A stretch of 64,000 nt of DNA, from assembly GCA_008632985.1 (NCBI GenBank), contig QPGO01000028.1, positions 367,598 through 431,597 of the forward strand. The letters are read 5' to 3'. Below the pieces are notes generated by a model. It searched no databases. It had not been told where the DNA came from and saw nothing but the letters and a program-made list of their open reading frames with translations. How positions within the stretch are numbered: the first letter of the stretch is position 1; the number at the start of each line of letters is the position of its first letter. The position numbers and the translations under genes were made by a program. Source of the DNA: Psammoneis japonica (Eukaryota). Positions 48,300 through 62,053 of this stretch are shown piece by piece.

Positions 48300-51200
48300 C
48301 GTAAGCAGGTCAACCACTGCCGGTGCCGGCAGGCATGAATGGAGCATGGTTCGGAAGAACAAACAACAGTTGCCCCTCCAATGGCCGGCGCGTGGCCCCA
48401 CTCTCCATCGTGAGTCGTTGGAGTTGCGCGCATGCGTCGACCAACACACACGCGCTTCGGACTCCCCCACTCCCTCGGACCACAACATGTTTCAAGGGGG
48501 GTCATCCCCACATTTATCCTAAAATTACTGTTGCATTTGAACAAGGTTTTTTGTGGTGTTTGTTTTTGAATGCAAGAATTGTTCACAGTCACACCCGATC
48601 GCGCACGAAAACGAGAACCATCAGCGCCGAGATCGAAGCACAACGATGACAATCATCGACATTTCTCAAAAACGCAGTTTGCCGTCTGCCAACTTTTCAT
48701 GTGTGTGCAATCTCTGATGCACGACAAACACAGAACAAATGAGAGTCAACAGATGGACCACCTTTGTCACAGACTTGTGGCTTGTTGTTTTCACCATGGT
48801 GAAGCACGGTGAAATTCAGGAAAAATCATGCAAAACACGAGCCATTCGGCTGAATTCGAGCTGAAAAAAGCAGCAACTGACCACCCTCAACTGGCGCACA
48901 GACAGATTCCTGCGCAATTTCTACACACCTCGTGCAAATCACGCAGCCATGACAGCACAAAGCGTCTGCCCTCCACCCCGATGTGAAGTGTTGCGATGAT
49001 GGATTTTTCGAATTCAGGAAACTGGTGCGAGGCAGGGAGTCAACACTGCACTTGCAGGGGCCCCAGCACGGAAGTCAAAAGCTTGTCAAAAGGAGGCCCA
49101 CAAGATGACAGAACAAACAAAGAGCCAAGCCCAGTGTCAAAGAATCATGACAAAACTGTGAAAAGACACCAGCTCGATTCTGAGGTGACGGTGACTCTAG
49201 ATGCAAAAAATCGATGCTGCTCTTCAAATGGAGTGTGCTGTGTGATGAAACCCCAGCCAGACACATGCTGCTTTGCACCTCCGACAAGAACAGTGTGTGA
49301 CATGCAGTTTGCCTGGATCTGGAGCTTGGTTTGGTTTCACCCATTTGGGGATTCCCCAAAATGGCAAGGGCAAGGGGGAACTGCCTCACCCTTCTGGAGA
49401 ATTCCCGGGAAACAAGGGCAATTTAGCAGGAAGGAACAACCAAAAGGGCTCAGGGGAGGGGGGAACAAAAAACAAATGGAGTGCGGCAATGTGCGGCAAT
49501 TGCAGTCAGGCGGGTGTGCTTTTGTCCTCATGGCGACCGGCGGACACGCGACGCGCCAACGCGACGCGATGAGAAACGATGCACGACAATGAATCTGCAC
49601 TGCACTGGCAGATGTCTGATTCTAGAAAAGAGCAAGATGTTGTTGCTGTGCAAAAAGCAAAATTACAAGGAGCCATGGTGTGTTCATTGGCTCTGCTCAA
49701 AGTCTTGAGACTGAGTCAGCTTTGGTGAACTGTTCTGAGTCAGGCTTCCAAGATGTCTTTTGGATCTTTGAGAGCCGATGTTCATAGAATGCAGGTGAGC
49801 GTGTTGCAGAATCCATCGACAAATCGACACAAAGCGGCCCCTTGTGGCAGAGCAAGGGAAGAATGAACTTTGCCACTAAATCATGCACATTGACATTGCT
49901 CACATGTGGCTCTGTTTTTGCCTTGGCCTTTGCTCTAGAGCTGTTGTGGTTTGCATTTGTGACCACATGACACAAGAAGGAAAAAATGATGCACTGCACT
50001 CTGCACATGAGACAGGTCAAAGGGAAGAACAAACATTGTCAATCAATCTGCCACATTTTTGTCAGCCTTGTGAGGCTCCACTTTTGCCTCAGCCTTTGCT
50101 CTAGATGCCTCACAGTTTGCATTTGCAGCTGCACGACAACAAAGTGATTCCAAATGATCCGCTTCATTCTGCACATGAGATGTGTCAATTGGAAGAATGA
50201 GGGTGACCATTCAATCCGCCATTGTTTCATTGGCGATGATGTGCGGTTCTGCTTTTGCTTGGACTTTGCTACAAATGCCGCATGGCTTGCATTTGTGACC
50301 GCAGGAAAGAAAAATGAGCACAACGATCAGTGCACCAGTTTTCCACTCAACATCATCTGTCACACTTCTGTTCATTTTTTGTTCTGCACTTTCGATCGTA
50401 ATCTTGTTCACTGGATTGACTGGCATCATTGTTGTTTGACAAGAGCCATCATAAATGGGGTGCGAACGCTCCATGGCATGTTGACCATTTTTGTTGCGGT
50501 CGGTCGACTGTGTGTGGTTCCGCACATGCCGGCACGCAGAATGCACAGAAATGCACGAGAAGGGAAGCACGGGGAATTGCCAATGCATTGCCTTTTTGTT
50601 CATGCATTGAGCACATGCACAACGAACGGCAATTCGTGGCGATTCCCCGGGAATTCTGTCAGTGGAGAGGGTCATTCCCATGCAGACAGTGGATCACTCT
50701 CAGGTTGTGAGCCTCGCATTTGCTTGGTGCGAGGAGGGGCCACACCACATCGCAAAACAACAAAAACTCTTCAGCACGTTATTGTCGACACCGGCGGTGA
50801 GCGTTTTCAACGTAAACACTTTCGCTCTGTCGACGTGAACGGCGCTTTCATTGTCGTTCATTTTGTCGCTTTCGTTGGTTTCATCCGCCGACGTTTCGCG
50901 TGTGGCGTGGCACACATTCTACTTGCGTGACGACCTTGTGTGAGGTGCACCAGCGAAGTGTCGACACCTGCTGCCACGTGTGCGGCTGGTGCATCTTTGG
51001 ATGCAACAAACACCCTCCACGATGGCCAAAGCCGATGGCGCCCGATCGAAGAAGGCACCCACCACCTCCTGGCGAGAGAAAATCTCGTCCTTGCATGCGG
51101 CCTTGTCTCCAGCATTGGCACAAGACGAGACATCGCCCGCCACCCCGGCTGCTGCTGCCGCCAACGCAGAAGTTGCTACGACAACAACTGACCCCGCAAA

Positions 51201-52150
51201 CGGCACCTGTTTGAAGACGGCGTTGTTCTCCTGGCGAGCAAAAGTGTCGTCACCAGTGTGAGCCGAGATTGCTGCTGCCGCTCTGTCCCAGGCACCGGCT
51301 TAAGATGGCAATTTGCCGATTACAACTGCAACCGACACCCCATGCGGACCCTCAGCTGTCTCCACTCCATCCGCCGAGTTTGCCACTGCACGCGACATGG
51401 CTCGCCCTGTCATTGCATTGTGTCCAACAGCAACAACTCCATCTCATACAACCACCACCATCGACCTGGAACTCAACCACATTCCAGCCTCCAATGCCTC
51501 TGCTGCTCCCAAGAAGGCTGCTGCCACCTTGTTTTGCCGTGGACGTACGTGGGCCCAGAATTTCTCATGCCAAGTTGATGCCCCCACCCATGCTGCCACT
51601 CCGTTGGCGACCACTCCACCAGTTGACCCTTGTTCTTTTTCTGAGAATGTCAAGCCTGACCCATTGGCTATTTTTAAGATTGCTTTGGGCAAACTTGGCA
51701 AGCCAATTGAGCACCAGAAAGCTGATGTTGCTGTTGACCGAGCAGCAACAGTGTGTGTTGTGAACAAGGTGATTGGCTCAATCAAAATGCACTCCCTTGA
51801 TGCTCATCAACGTGTTGCATGGCACAAGCTTCTGTCAGTGTGCCGCATGCTGACAGCTTCTCTGTGCACTGCGAAAGAGGTGAATGAATCCATTGTCTTT
51901 TCTGGGAAGTCAATTGTCTCGGATTCTCCTCACCCCAACCCTGCCAACATTGCAAGCCTCCCATTGTGGGGGGGTTGCACCACTTGGAGTCATTGTCAGT
52001 TGTCACCTTGGCCAATCCCTGGCAACTTGCTGCTGCCAAATTGGCGTTGCTCCTGACAGAAAATGAAGATGACTGGGTGGAAGAAAACAACAACCCCTTG
52101 CTGCTGTCTAAATGGCAGATGAGTCTCCGTGAAGAGACCGTTGCAGGAGC
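48300..52150. other. TA-depleted block of unidentified repeat relics
   Basis: Same TG/CA-rich composition as the TE nests; degenerate direct repeats near 49930-50340; no recognisable domain. Confidence 0.4.
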
Positions 52151-52164
52151 CGAAAGACTGGTGT

Positions 52165-54044
52165 CGTGATGTCGGTGCTGCTGTTGTCATTCTTGTGAGC
52201 TCTGTGGCTCAAAAGCAAACTGCATCGCACGACGTGCGCGGAACCAAGAGCACACACAATTGTGCATGACAAACCAAAATCTTGTTCAAATCCTGTCACT
52301 CCCCAGTTTGCTTGAGGGGTCAACAGCGACAGATTCGAGGTCAGATTGGTTGAAAGCCTCGGGGTCGAAGTTCCAAAACATTAGAGGATGAAGGAGGTTC
52401 CAGACTTGGGAGCAACCCCAATGCTTGCTGAGGATGTCAGCCAGGTTGCGGGAACCTTCGACAAAGTGAAACTTGAGGAATCCGGAGGCAATCGCCTCAC
52501 GCACACAATGGAACGAGAGGGCAGTGTGTCGCTTGTGTGGCTTGGAGTGCGGGATGGTGGCACTGTCCACAACCGACTTGTTGTCTCCAAACATGCAACA
52601 TGTTTCACGAATGGGAACGCCAAGGCAACGCAAAGTGATGCGCAGATCAATGATCTGCTCAACGCACGTCCTTGCGGCAACAAACTCGGATCCACACGCA
52701 GCAGTCTCGACTGTCGCTTGTTTCTTAGAGAACCAATCAGCCAGAAACTTGTTGAGGAAATGGAGGATGCCGGTGACAGAGTGTCCAGTGAGCATGCAAT
52801 GGAACAAGTTCGCATTGACGCAGTGCGCGGTGGTGACGAACTTGCCAAGCGGCTCAGGTGCAGGACCAGCTCTTCTGCCTCCCCATGTGCGGATTGAGCC
52901 CAATCGTACACAGGCTTGGGAAGGTCCGAACAGTCAGGCTCCTCAGTGCACACTCGAAGGGTGCCATGATGCATCTTGGAGAGGAATCCGCAGATGCATT
53001 TGGCACGGTCCAGGTGGCCTTGACGGGGCGCTGCACGGAAGCCAGACAGGGACATGACAGCCGCAGCAATGTCAATGTGGCCTGGAGATGCGGCCCATTG
53101 CAGGGATCCAATCAAGGATTGGAGTTGGTGGATGCCATCCGGTTTGAGCAATTCTGAGGTGTCGAGTTCAGGGTGGTCACCCTTGTCAAGGGGTGAAAGC
53201 ACATCAGTGCGGGGCTTCTCCCCAAAGAGGCGTGCGCAGTTGTCAACCATGCGCTCAATGCACTTGCGGGGAGCAAGGCACAGAGTGCCGTCTGGGTCAT
53301 GGGTGAAGTCGCAGCCAAGATGGAACTCCAATGGTCCAGTGCCCTTGAGCTTGAACTTGCACTTCTCCATGAGGGTGTCTGCAAAAACCTGGGGGTCCTT
53401 CATGGCGAAGGCTGGGTCGTCCACATGCACTGCCACGCATTCGCAGTGGTCACCATTCCTGCACAGCCAGATGTTGGGTTCAGCCTTGCATGGGAAGAAG
53501 CCTTCGGCACGCAAGCAATTGGCAAAGCGTTCATGCCATCTGAGACCAGAGCTGCGGAGTCCGTACAAGGCCTTGTGGATGACGAGGATGTGTCCTTCCA
53601 GGTCGCCAAACTTGGGGCCTGCTGCAATGCACAGTTTCTCCTTGGTCGTAGCTTCAAGGCAGGCATTGCCAATGTCAGTGGCCCAGGTCTCCAGTTCATT
53701 GAGTTTGGCCAGGAAGATCATCATTCGCAGGCCACGGAGGGACACCACTCCGGAACAGACACTGTCGACAGGCACGTCTGTGAGGTGTCCATCGGCGACA
53801 AGCCTTGCTTTGTGCCGTCCGTCATGTTTGACGTCATGGACGAGATGCACCCGGATCTTCTTGTGTCCTGATGGAGCGCTGGAGTCCTTGTGGTGTCCGC
53901 AGTCGTGGAAGACCTTGCACTCATCAAGTTGGGTCATCTCGAGGTCTGTTGCGTCTCCCCACTTGCGGTTGCCATTGCGCTCATCAAGGGTCATGGCATG
54001 CTTGTAGTCCCGTGGCACTTCACACCCGCACTTGCATCGTGGCG
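52165..54044 (-). mobile_element. Copia element 2, 3' part: RT, RNase H, PPT and start of 3' LTR
   Basis: HDGRHKARLVADGH, DIGNACLEA, KALYGL, HVDD, GSEF, FGDNKSV and NLADILSK. PPT ctggggag precedes TGACA at 52298. LTR end uncertain. Confidence 0.9.
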
Positions 54045-54046
54045 CA

Positions 54047-57000
54047 CTTTTCTGCGTTCATTGGCATTGAATTTACCTGCGTGTTTTCAATGCCAGGCTC
54101 GCCGCAGAAACACCGATCACCATGGTGTCGTCTTCCGCCACTGCCGGCAGCAATGCCGCTGATGCAAACAAAGACACAACCACCGCTGACAACATCACTG
54201 TTGACCTGGCATCCCTCAAACCGTCATCTAAACCGAAAGAACGACAGTTTGAAGAGATGACTGTTCGTTTTGACATTCGTGGTCCTGAAGCGACTTGCAA
54301 GCCAATGGCCCTCGTAACATCCCATCTTCAAATCCTCAGTCAGATCCTTTTTACGTTTCACAACGAAGTCCAGGTTCTCGATGACTACAACACCAGAATT
54401 GCAAATGTCAACGTTGCCGAATGGGTGTCGACTCTCCAGCATGAACGTCACTTTCAGATCTCCACGACTCGCAGTGGTGAGAACCGTCCGGTTGCCCACC
54501 GTTCATGTCATCGTATCCTTGCGAAAGCACCCCTTCGCGACATTCGTTCTCATCCCAACATTCAAAGTGTTTTGGAGGCAAACAATGCGGGTTTGAAACG
54601 TCACTGTTGGAACAAATCCGTCATCGACACGGCTAGCCCAGCACATTTCATTGCTGCCGCTTCAAAGCATGCTCCCATCGATGCTGCCACTGAGCTGTTT
54701 GTCAAAGATCTTGGGGAGTTAAAAACCAAGATGCCAAAGTTCCGTTTAGTCCCCACTTCCGTTCGAGCAGATGACAACAAAACATCAGTGCCCATCCGCA
54801 CGGTGACCTTTTCGGTCGAAGTCCAACAAGATGACTACCGCACTGCGGCAAAAACTTTGTTGTGTGCATCCAAAAAACTTCCGACTCACGTCCTTGTGGC
54901 AAAAACTTGATGCCTGTCTCCTCTGGCCTTCTACAATGCGGTCAAAATGCAAGCCCAATGCAACAACAACACCTTTGTTGTGCTGTCATTGCATGCGTCT
55001 GCGGATGTGATGTTCTTCTTGGAGAATCACATCAAAGCGATTCAGGGTGTGATCGATGTGTTTCCCTCCCCTGACGTGTTGTCCACCGGCAGACACAATG
55101 TTTTGGTCCATCGAACTCATTTTCAAAAAGGCCCGAGCGGAGATTTCTGCATGCATCTTGAATGAAATTCCGAATCTTTGGAAAGAGTCCTGTCCATCCC
55201 CTCCTTTTGAAGATCTTCCTCAGGTGCCCGGGGTTTTAGACAAAGCTTCAGATGCAAGCAAGTCTGTCATGTCGGCTGGCATCCATGGCTTGGAGTCCCT
55301 TGCTTTCTCAGATGTGTCTCCCTCAACCAATCAAGATGCACCTCGATCCAACCGTCTTCCCAATCCTTCGTCCGGCAGAGGTTGTGGCCGATCCACTCCT
55401 CCCGGTCGCGGTGAATCAGCAGCTTGTCTTGTTCCTCCTCAGATGTTTACAAACCCTCCATCATTTCAATCTCCAAACTTCGGTCATGCTGGATGTCCTG
55501 GTGTCACGTCTCCGCAAGCGTCTCATGCTCAAATTGCTCAATCTTCCTCGAGTTCATCAATTGCCTCCGTTCAGTTTGCAGAGGTCCAGCGCACCATGAA
55601 CCAGATGCAATCCTGCAATGAAAAGGCCCTTCATGATCTGCGCGATGAACATGCACAAGAAATGCAAAACATGCAATCGCAACATGCGGAGAAATTGTCA
55701 GGCATGCAAGACCAGATGAATCAGATCATTCAGATGCTACAAGTGTCTCATTCTGTCTCTTCTGTCAGTCCTGCAAGAAAGCAACAAAACCAAAATCAAA
55801 CTCTCGAGCGCAGCGATGATGGAAAAGACTCGGATTTTTAGTGCGGAGATGGATCTCGCCACCTCCATCTCCACAAAATGTCAGGCCGCCCTCCAGACAT
55901 CCATCAGAAGACTTCTTCACTGTCCCTGGCACATGTGTTTCGACGCACTCGCCGGTGCCGGGCTTTCTCCTTTCATTGCGGATCCACCCGACTTCATTGC
56001 CACAAGCCCCAGCCTTCTCTTTGGAGGAGCATGAACCAATCATGAGCAATGCCCCTTCCTCCACAAACGTGTCTGCATGGCAATTTCTCTTGAACGGATG
56101 AACTCATCAACCGCCGGCAGATCGCCGCATAGATTTTTCGTGTTTGAAAAGCAATGAGCCTGTCGGCGATGGCCTTCTGCCCAAGTCACAACATCACACA
56201 CGTCTGTGTGCCTTTAACGCCAACGGTTGCAAGTTTGACAAGCGTGGCGGTGACATCAATGAATGCTGCCAAGTGGCCAACGAAATCCAGGCCGACATTG
56301 TGGGCATGTCGGAGGCATGTTTGGATTCTGCCCAATTTGACATTTTGTCTGCATGCAGGTCGACTGTCTCCAATTCTCTGCTGCACGGGTGGAGCACCTT
56401 TTTGACCAGTTCTGCCCCCTTTTCAACACAGCACAAGCCTGGCGTAACTGCTCTCTTTTTGTGCAATTCCGTGTCGGCGTGACACCGGTCTCAACATTCT
56501 GATCCCCTTGGGCGTTGGTCTGTTCAAGCATTCGATGGCCGCAATGGACGACAGGTTGTGTTTGTTTCGTGCTGCAGAGTCTGCACCAAGAACCAGCAAC
56601 AACCAGGAAAAACCACAGCTTTTGCTCAACAACAATGTCTCCTCCGACAAAACGGAAATAAAGTGGTGGACCCACGCAAAGCCTTTTGTACGGATTTGTC
56701 TCGCGTTCTTCAAGATTTCATGGCTGAACCCAACAGAGAAGTCATTTTGTTCGGTGATTTCAGTGCGGACTTCGAATTTGATGCTGACTCTTTGGCAAGT
56801 TTAGCGCAACGATTTAATTTGTCCGACGTCTTCTTCAGTGTCATTGGCAACACTGACTTCTCCACTTGCACCCGTGGATCAAAATGCCTTGACTTTGTCC
56901 TGGCCTCGCCAGGAGCATCATTGGCTGTCAGATTGGGTGGGTGCGAGGCCTTTGGGCATTGCATCACTTCCGACCACAGAGTGCACTGCATGGACTTTGA

Positions 57001-60000
57001 CACAACAGCTTTGTTTGGCAACCCTGCAGTTGATCTCCCCAAAGCATGTTTCCGAGACATCCAAGCGTCATCCAAGCCCCAAGTTGCAGCTCATTTGAAA
57101 TCCATCGGTCCTGTGTTGGAAAGTCGTTCGGTGTTGGAAAGATCAACACGGCTTTTAGAACTCAGCGAACCCAACCACGAACTGGCAGAGAGACCAGATC
57201 GAGACATTTTACAGTTTTCCTTGTCGGCGGCCAAACATTGCAGACGACATCGTGAACCTGACTGGTCGGTGGAACTGGTGGATCTTTGCCATCGTGTTTG
57301 CATTTTCTCCCAAACAGTTTCCATGATGCACACCAAGATCGATCATGTGTCTCAGATTCAACGGATTTGTGATGACCTCAAAGGCTCCTTTGTCATTCCT
57401 GAGACATTCCAAGACTGCCCAGCAGCCTTGCAAGAAGCTCAATCAGAATGTAGAAAGCTTGCAGCGGACAGCGTCGTGCATCGAGAGAGAGAAATGTCGA
57501 CCAAAATTGCTGCCCTTGATTTGGAAGGAACCAAACAGTCCCGAAAGCAAGCTTCGATCCTTCGCAACGTTCGAAAAGCAGAGGAAATGGTCAGACTTTT
57601 CAAGAAGATCAAATCGTGCAAGGCAGAACGAGATGCCGGCATTGACAGCGTTCAAGTTCCTCGAAACCCGAATGTGCATCCTAAAGAATGCGACGACTGG
57701 ATGACTCTCGATGCTCCAGAAGACGTTGCCATTGCTCTTCGTGTGCGGAACCAGAAGCACTTCGGACAAGCACATGGTGCTCCTCCAACCGTTCCTCCTT
57801 TGTCTGTGGACCTTGGATTCAACGGCGATGCTGTCATGGCAGAACTGATGTCAGATGGCGATTACGATGCTTCATCCCTCAACGATGCTGCTGCTCAACT
57901 GATTGCCTGTTTAAAACGCTGATCTCCTGTTTCAGTGTCGGATCATTTGACTGAGGCAGAGTTGGAGGGCAAGATCAAAAGTTGGAAGGAGTCAACCTCT
58001 GCATCCCCACATTCTGGTTTACATTCGGACATTGGAAAGCCATGCATGCACCTCATCAATTTTCAGAAACCCCTGTGTCGAACCAAGAAGATGACTCCGA
58101 TCGCACCCTTTTGGACAACATCCAACAAACCTTGATCCAAATTTGCCTCAATCTTCTTAATTGTGCCTTACGTTGGGGTTGCTCTTTTGACCGGTGGAAG
58201 GACATGGTCAATGTGATGACATTCAAGGAGCCCGGCAACAACAAAATTCACCGTCTTCATGTTGTTCACATTTACGAAGCCGACTTTCAGCTTGTTGCAG
58301 GCGCAAAGTGGAGAGCCCCAGCTCAAAACATGGAACATCGGAGGTTGTGCAATCCCGGTGTTTGTGGCACTCGTCCCTTCCAAAATGCCCATGCTCCAGT
58401 TTATCTCGAAGAACTTGTGCTCGAGACCAGTCGAGTGTCGCGCAAGTTGGCCATTCACAGCGACGACGATTGTGCGTCATGCTGTGACAGGAACATCCCA
58501 GCTCTAGTCACGGTCCAGAACCGCAGTGACGGCATGCCCAAGAAGGTCACCCAAGTCGCCAACACTGTGCTTCACGAGGCTTGTCACTGGTTGAAAACGG
58601 TCCTCGGATTGTCTCCAACATCACACTCCCATTCTGAAGAGTTGCCAATTTTTGGGATGGGGCAAGGCAGTGGCAGATCGTCCTTTGATTGGAGCCAAAC
58701 ATGTGACAGTCTCTTTGATGTGTTTGATCACAATGCTCACGGCGCGTTCTTTGAAACCCCTGACAGAACTGCGTCCGGTGCGAATGTTCAACCGAGGCTG
58801 CGTGGATGACACGTCCAAACAAGTCAACGATTTTTGCTTGTCACCTCAGCCTTGCATGCTTGAACTTGCTTTCAAAATGCAAGAGGATGATCAATTGTGG
58901 TGCGATCTCTTGAACGCTGCAGGCCGCAAACTGGAGCTGCCCAAATGTTCATTTCATGCCATCGAATGGATGTTTGCGGACAACGGTGAGCCTTGTCTCA
59001 GACCTTGCAATGACGAACTCATCATTGAGATTGCATCTGCTGACAGGACCACCAGCCGACGGAGCAAACAGCTTTCTGCACACTCGTCCCACAAAACATT
59101 GGGCAACCACAAAGCTCCCATTGGCAGCCAGAAGATGCAACATTCGGTGCTCAAGAAGAAAAGCGATGACATTGCCATGTTCCTCCGATCCTGTCCATTG
59201 GACCGACATGAGGCTTGGACCCATTGCTTTGCCTGCCACTTGTCCTCCATGACTTACGTTCTCCCAAATGCGCGCTTTCTTCCAAAGGAACTTCTGGAAA
59301 TTCAACGAAAGGCAGCCCGTGTCATCGTCGCAAAATGCGGGTGTAATCGGAGCACGAAGCGCGATGTCTTGTTTGGGCCATGCTCCCTGGGCGGAGGACG
59401 ATTTCATTCTTTAGATGTGGAGCAAGGTGTCGCCCAAGTGTTGCAGTTCTTACGACACTGGCGTGGATCGGGCCAACCACAGGCCATGTCCCACATTGCC
59501 GTCTGTTGGATTCAGTTTCATTTGGGTGCGGGCATCAGTTTCCTCCGTGATGTGACTTCGAAACTGCCTCACGCCGAGTCAAAATGGTTTGTGTCCTTGC
59601 AATCATTTCCAGCAAGAGTGAATGCCTGCATCGACTTTGTCAACACTGGCATCCTTCCGCTGCAGAGAGACAATGATCAACATGTCATGGATGTGGTTTT
59701 GGACTCAGGAATTTTTACAGATCACGAGGTCAGGTGGGCAAACCATTGCAGATTGCACCTCAATGTCTCAGCTGTTTTGGATGTCACTCTTCCAGATGGT
59801 CGGTCTGTCGATCGATGCACATTGGAGGGCGAACAGTCTCTTGTCAGCGGAGTCTCGATGTTGAACCCAGTGGAGCAACAACGCCCGTCTGCACGTGCAT
59901 GGAAGCAATGGAAGCGGTTCTGTTCACTTTTGTGTGCAGGGAGTGTGACAAAACTCAAGGGTCCATTGGGACAGTGGGTTGTTCCCTCTTCGGACATGCG

Positions 60001-62053
60001 AATGGCCCACCCGGCATGCTGCGAACCAGCCGAAGACTGCTCACACATTCGGACTGACTCCGGTTTTCAGGTTTTTCCAATGCAAGACAATTGCATGGAA
60101 TCCGTCTCTGAGTTGGAGACATTGCATGATTTGTCCCCTTCGGCTGCTCCTGTCATGGTCTCCGCTGCGAGTGATGGCCGTTGGAGATTGGCTTCTGTGG
60201 CATCTCCCATTGCGGCTCCTGTGCATTTGCCTGTTCCGAATGATTTCTTGGCGATGCCATGATCGCTCCCACATTGGGAGGCTTCCCTGTTCGCAGACAT
60301 CACCGCACATGTGTCGACATTCGAGATTGTTGAGTGGCTCCAGTCATCACGTGCTTCTGTTGGCAGTGACGGATCAATTGTCGAATTTCAGGGTGCCTTT
60401 GGATGGACCCTCACAATTTCAGGTGCACCTTTGGTGGATTGTGCTGGCCCCGTGTTCGGCTTCCGTCCGTCTTCGTGTGGGGCCGAAGCGTGCGGTGTCT
60501 TTTCCGTGTTACGATTTATCCTTCAGATGATGGAATGTTGTCCATCAATTTTTTTGCTCGGATTTGATCTACATTGCGACAACTGTTCATTTGTTCAGCA
60601 CATTGTGGACTTTGCAGCAGCGCCTCCCTTGCCAGACGATCTGGGTGAATCCAACCAAGTCCGTGACCACCACCAACGACATCACGTGGCGAACACCTTG
60701 TCAGCAGAATGGGATCCAGTTGCACAAAACACACCAGTCCACTCACGCCATCTCAAGCTGTTCTGTTGGAGAGTCTTCCGGAACTTTTGTCGATGTCCAT
60801 TGGGTGAAAGGGCATCAAGACGATGAAGTCCCTTTCAAATTGCTGTCATTGCCAGCTGAACTGAATGTGCGTGCGGACATGCCAGCTGGTCGACATCACG
60901 GACAACACTCGTTGAATGCATTGGTGGCTCCCAGGACACCTCATTGCATGGCAAATTTGGTCATTCAAAATGCGACTGTAAACTCAAAATTCAAGCCCAC
61001 TCTCCGCTTCGAGGCATCCAGCCCTGCACTCATCAGCTGCATGAAAGAGAAGCATGGGTGGTCTGACGTGGTTTGTGAGTCTGTCGATTGGACAGCACAC
61101 TCCAAATTGATGTCAAGAAACATCAGAAGAAAGGTGAGCACAGTTGAGTTGGTCCAAGATTTACTTCCAACTAACAAAATCGTCCGCCGGCATAATCCAG
61201 TGTGGCCCGACTGTTGCATTCACTGCCAGCATCCAATGGAGGACCGGGATCACATTCTACAGTGTCCCCACAATGAAGAATGGCGCAGAAAGTTTTTACA
61301 AGGCCTGCGGAAAAAGTGCGACGACATTCACACATCCCCATCCATCCGTGATTTGATCATTTCAGCAATTGAGACATGGTTTCGAGAGGAAATTGTGCAC
61401 TCCGATGGTCTTCATGGGAGTGCAGTGGCTGCACTCCGATCCCAGGATGACATTGGTTGGAGGCATGTCTTCAGCGGACGTTTTTCCCGCGAGTGGAACG
61501 AGACGCAGCGAGCTCACCTGTCATCCAGTGGATTGCATCAGGATCTTTTGGACAAAGAGCGGCATTTGGACTGGGCAGAAACGGTTGGCAATCATGTTTG
61601 GGAGCAATGGTGGGAGTTGTGGGACTCTCATGACGACGATGTGCACGGCCACGATTCGGACACTGGGAAGTCATCCCAGTGGAGAGACGCCAAGGCAGAG
61701 GTTCAGGCCATTTGTTCAAGATCAGACAAATGTCTTGCAAAGGACAGGTCACAACCATTCGACTCGGTTGAAGAACATCTCACACATTCCACTCATCGCA
61801 TTTGAAACTGGCTGGCTGTGGTTAGACCGATGTTCAAGTCCAGCATTAAAGAAGCCAAGCGTCTGGCTGCACGCGGAACTTGAACTGTTGCAAGTTGCTT
61901 TGGCGCGGCATCGCCTGCGGGTGATGCCAATCCTGGCCAATTGTTGTGTGCTCCTGCCGCACTGTCAGTGTGCTGGGGGTGTGGGTTAGCTTGTTGCCGG
62001 AGCTGCGGGGTGGAAGCGCAGCAGCACTTTAAAGACAGAATTTTGGTTTTGTT
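54047..62053 (+). mobile_element. Full-length APE-RT-RNase H non-LTR retrotransposon (Ambal-like), inserted in Copia 2
   Basis: ORF1 ~54122-55841. APE: NANG, GMSE, FGDFS, LDF, SDH. RT: KEPG, EADF, GQGSG, GCVDD. RNase H: SDGS, AE, CDN, HWVKGHQD, LNVRAD. CxxC..E..DHILQC knuckle. TSD ttgcatcgtggcg at 54032-54044 and 62054-62066. Confidence 0.92.
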
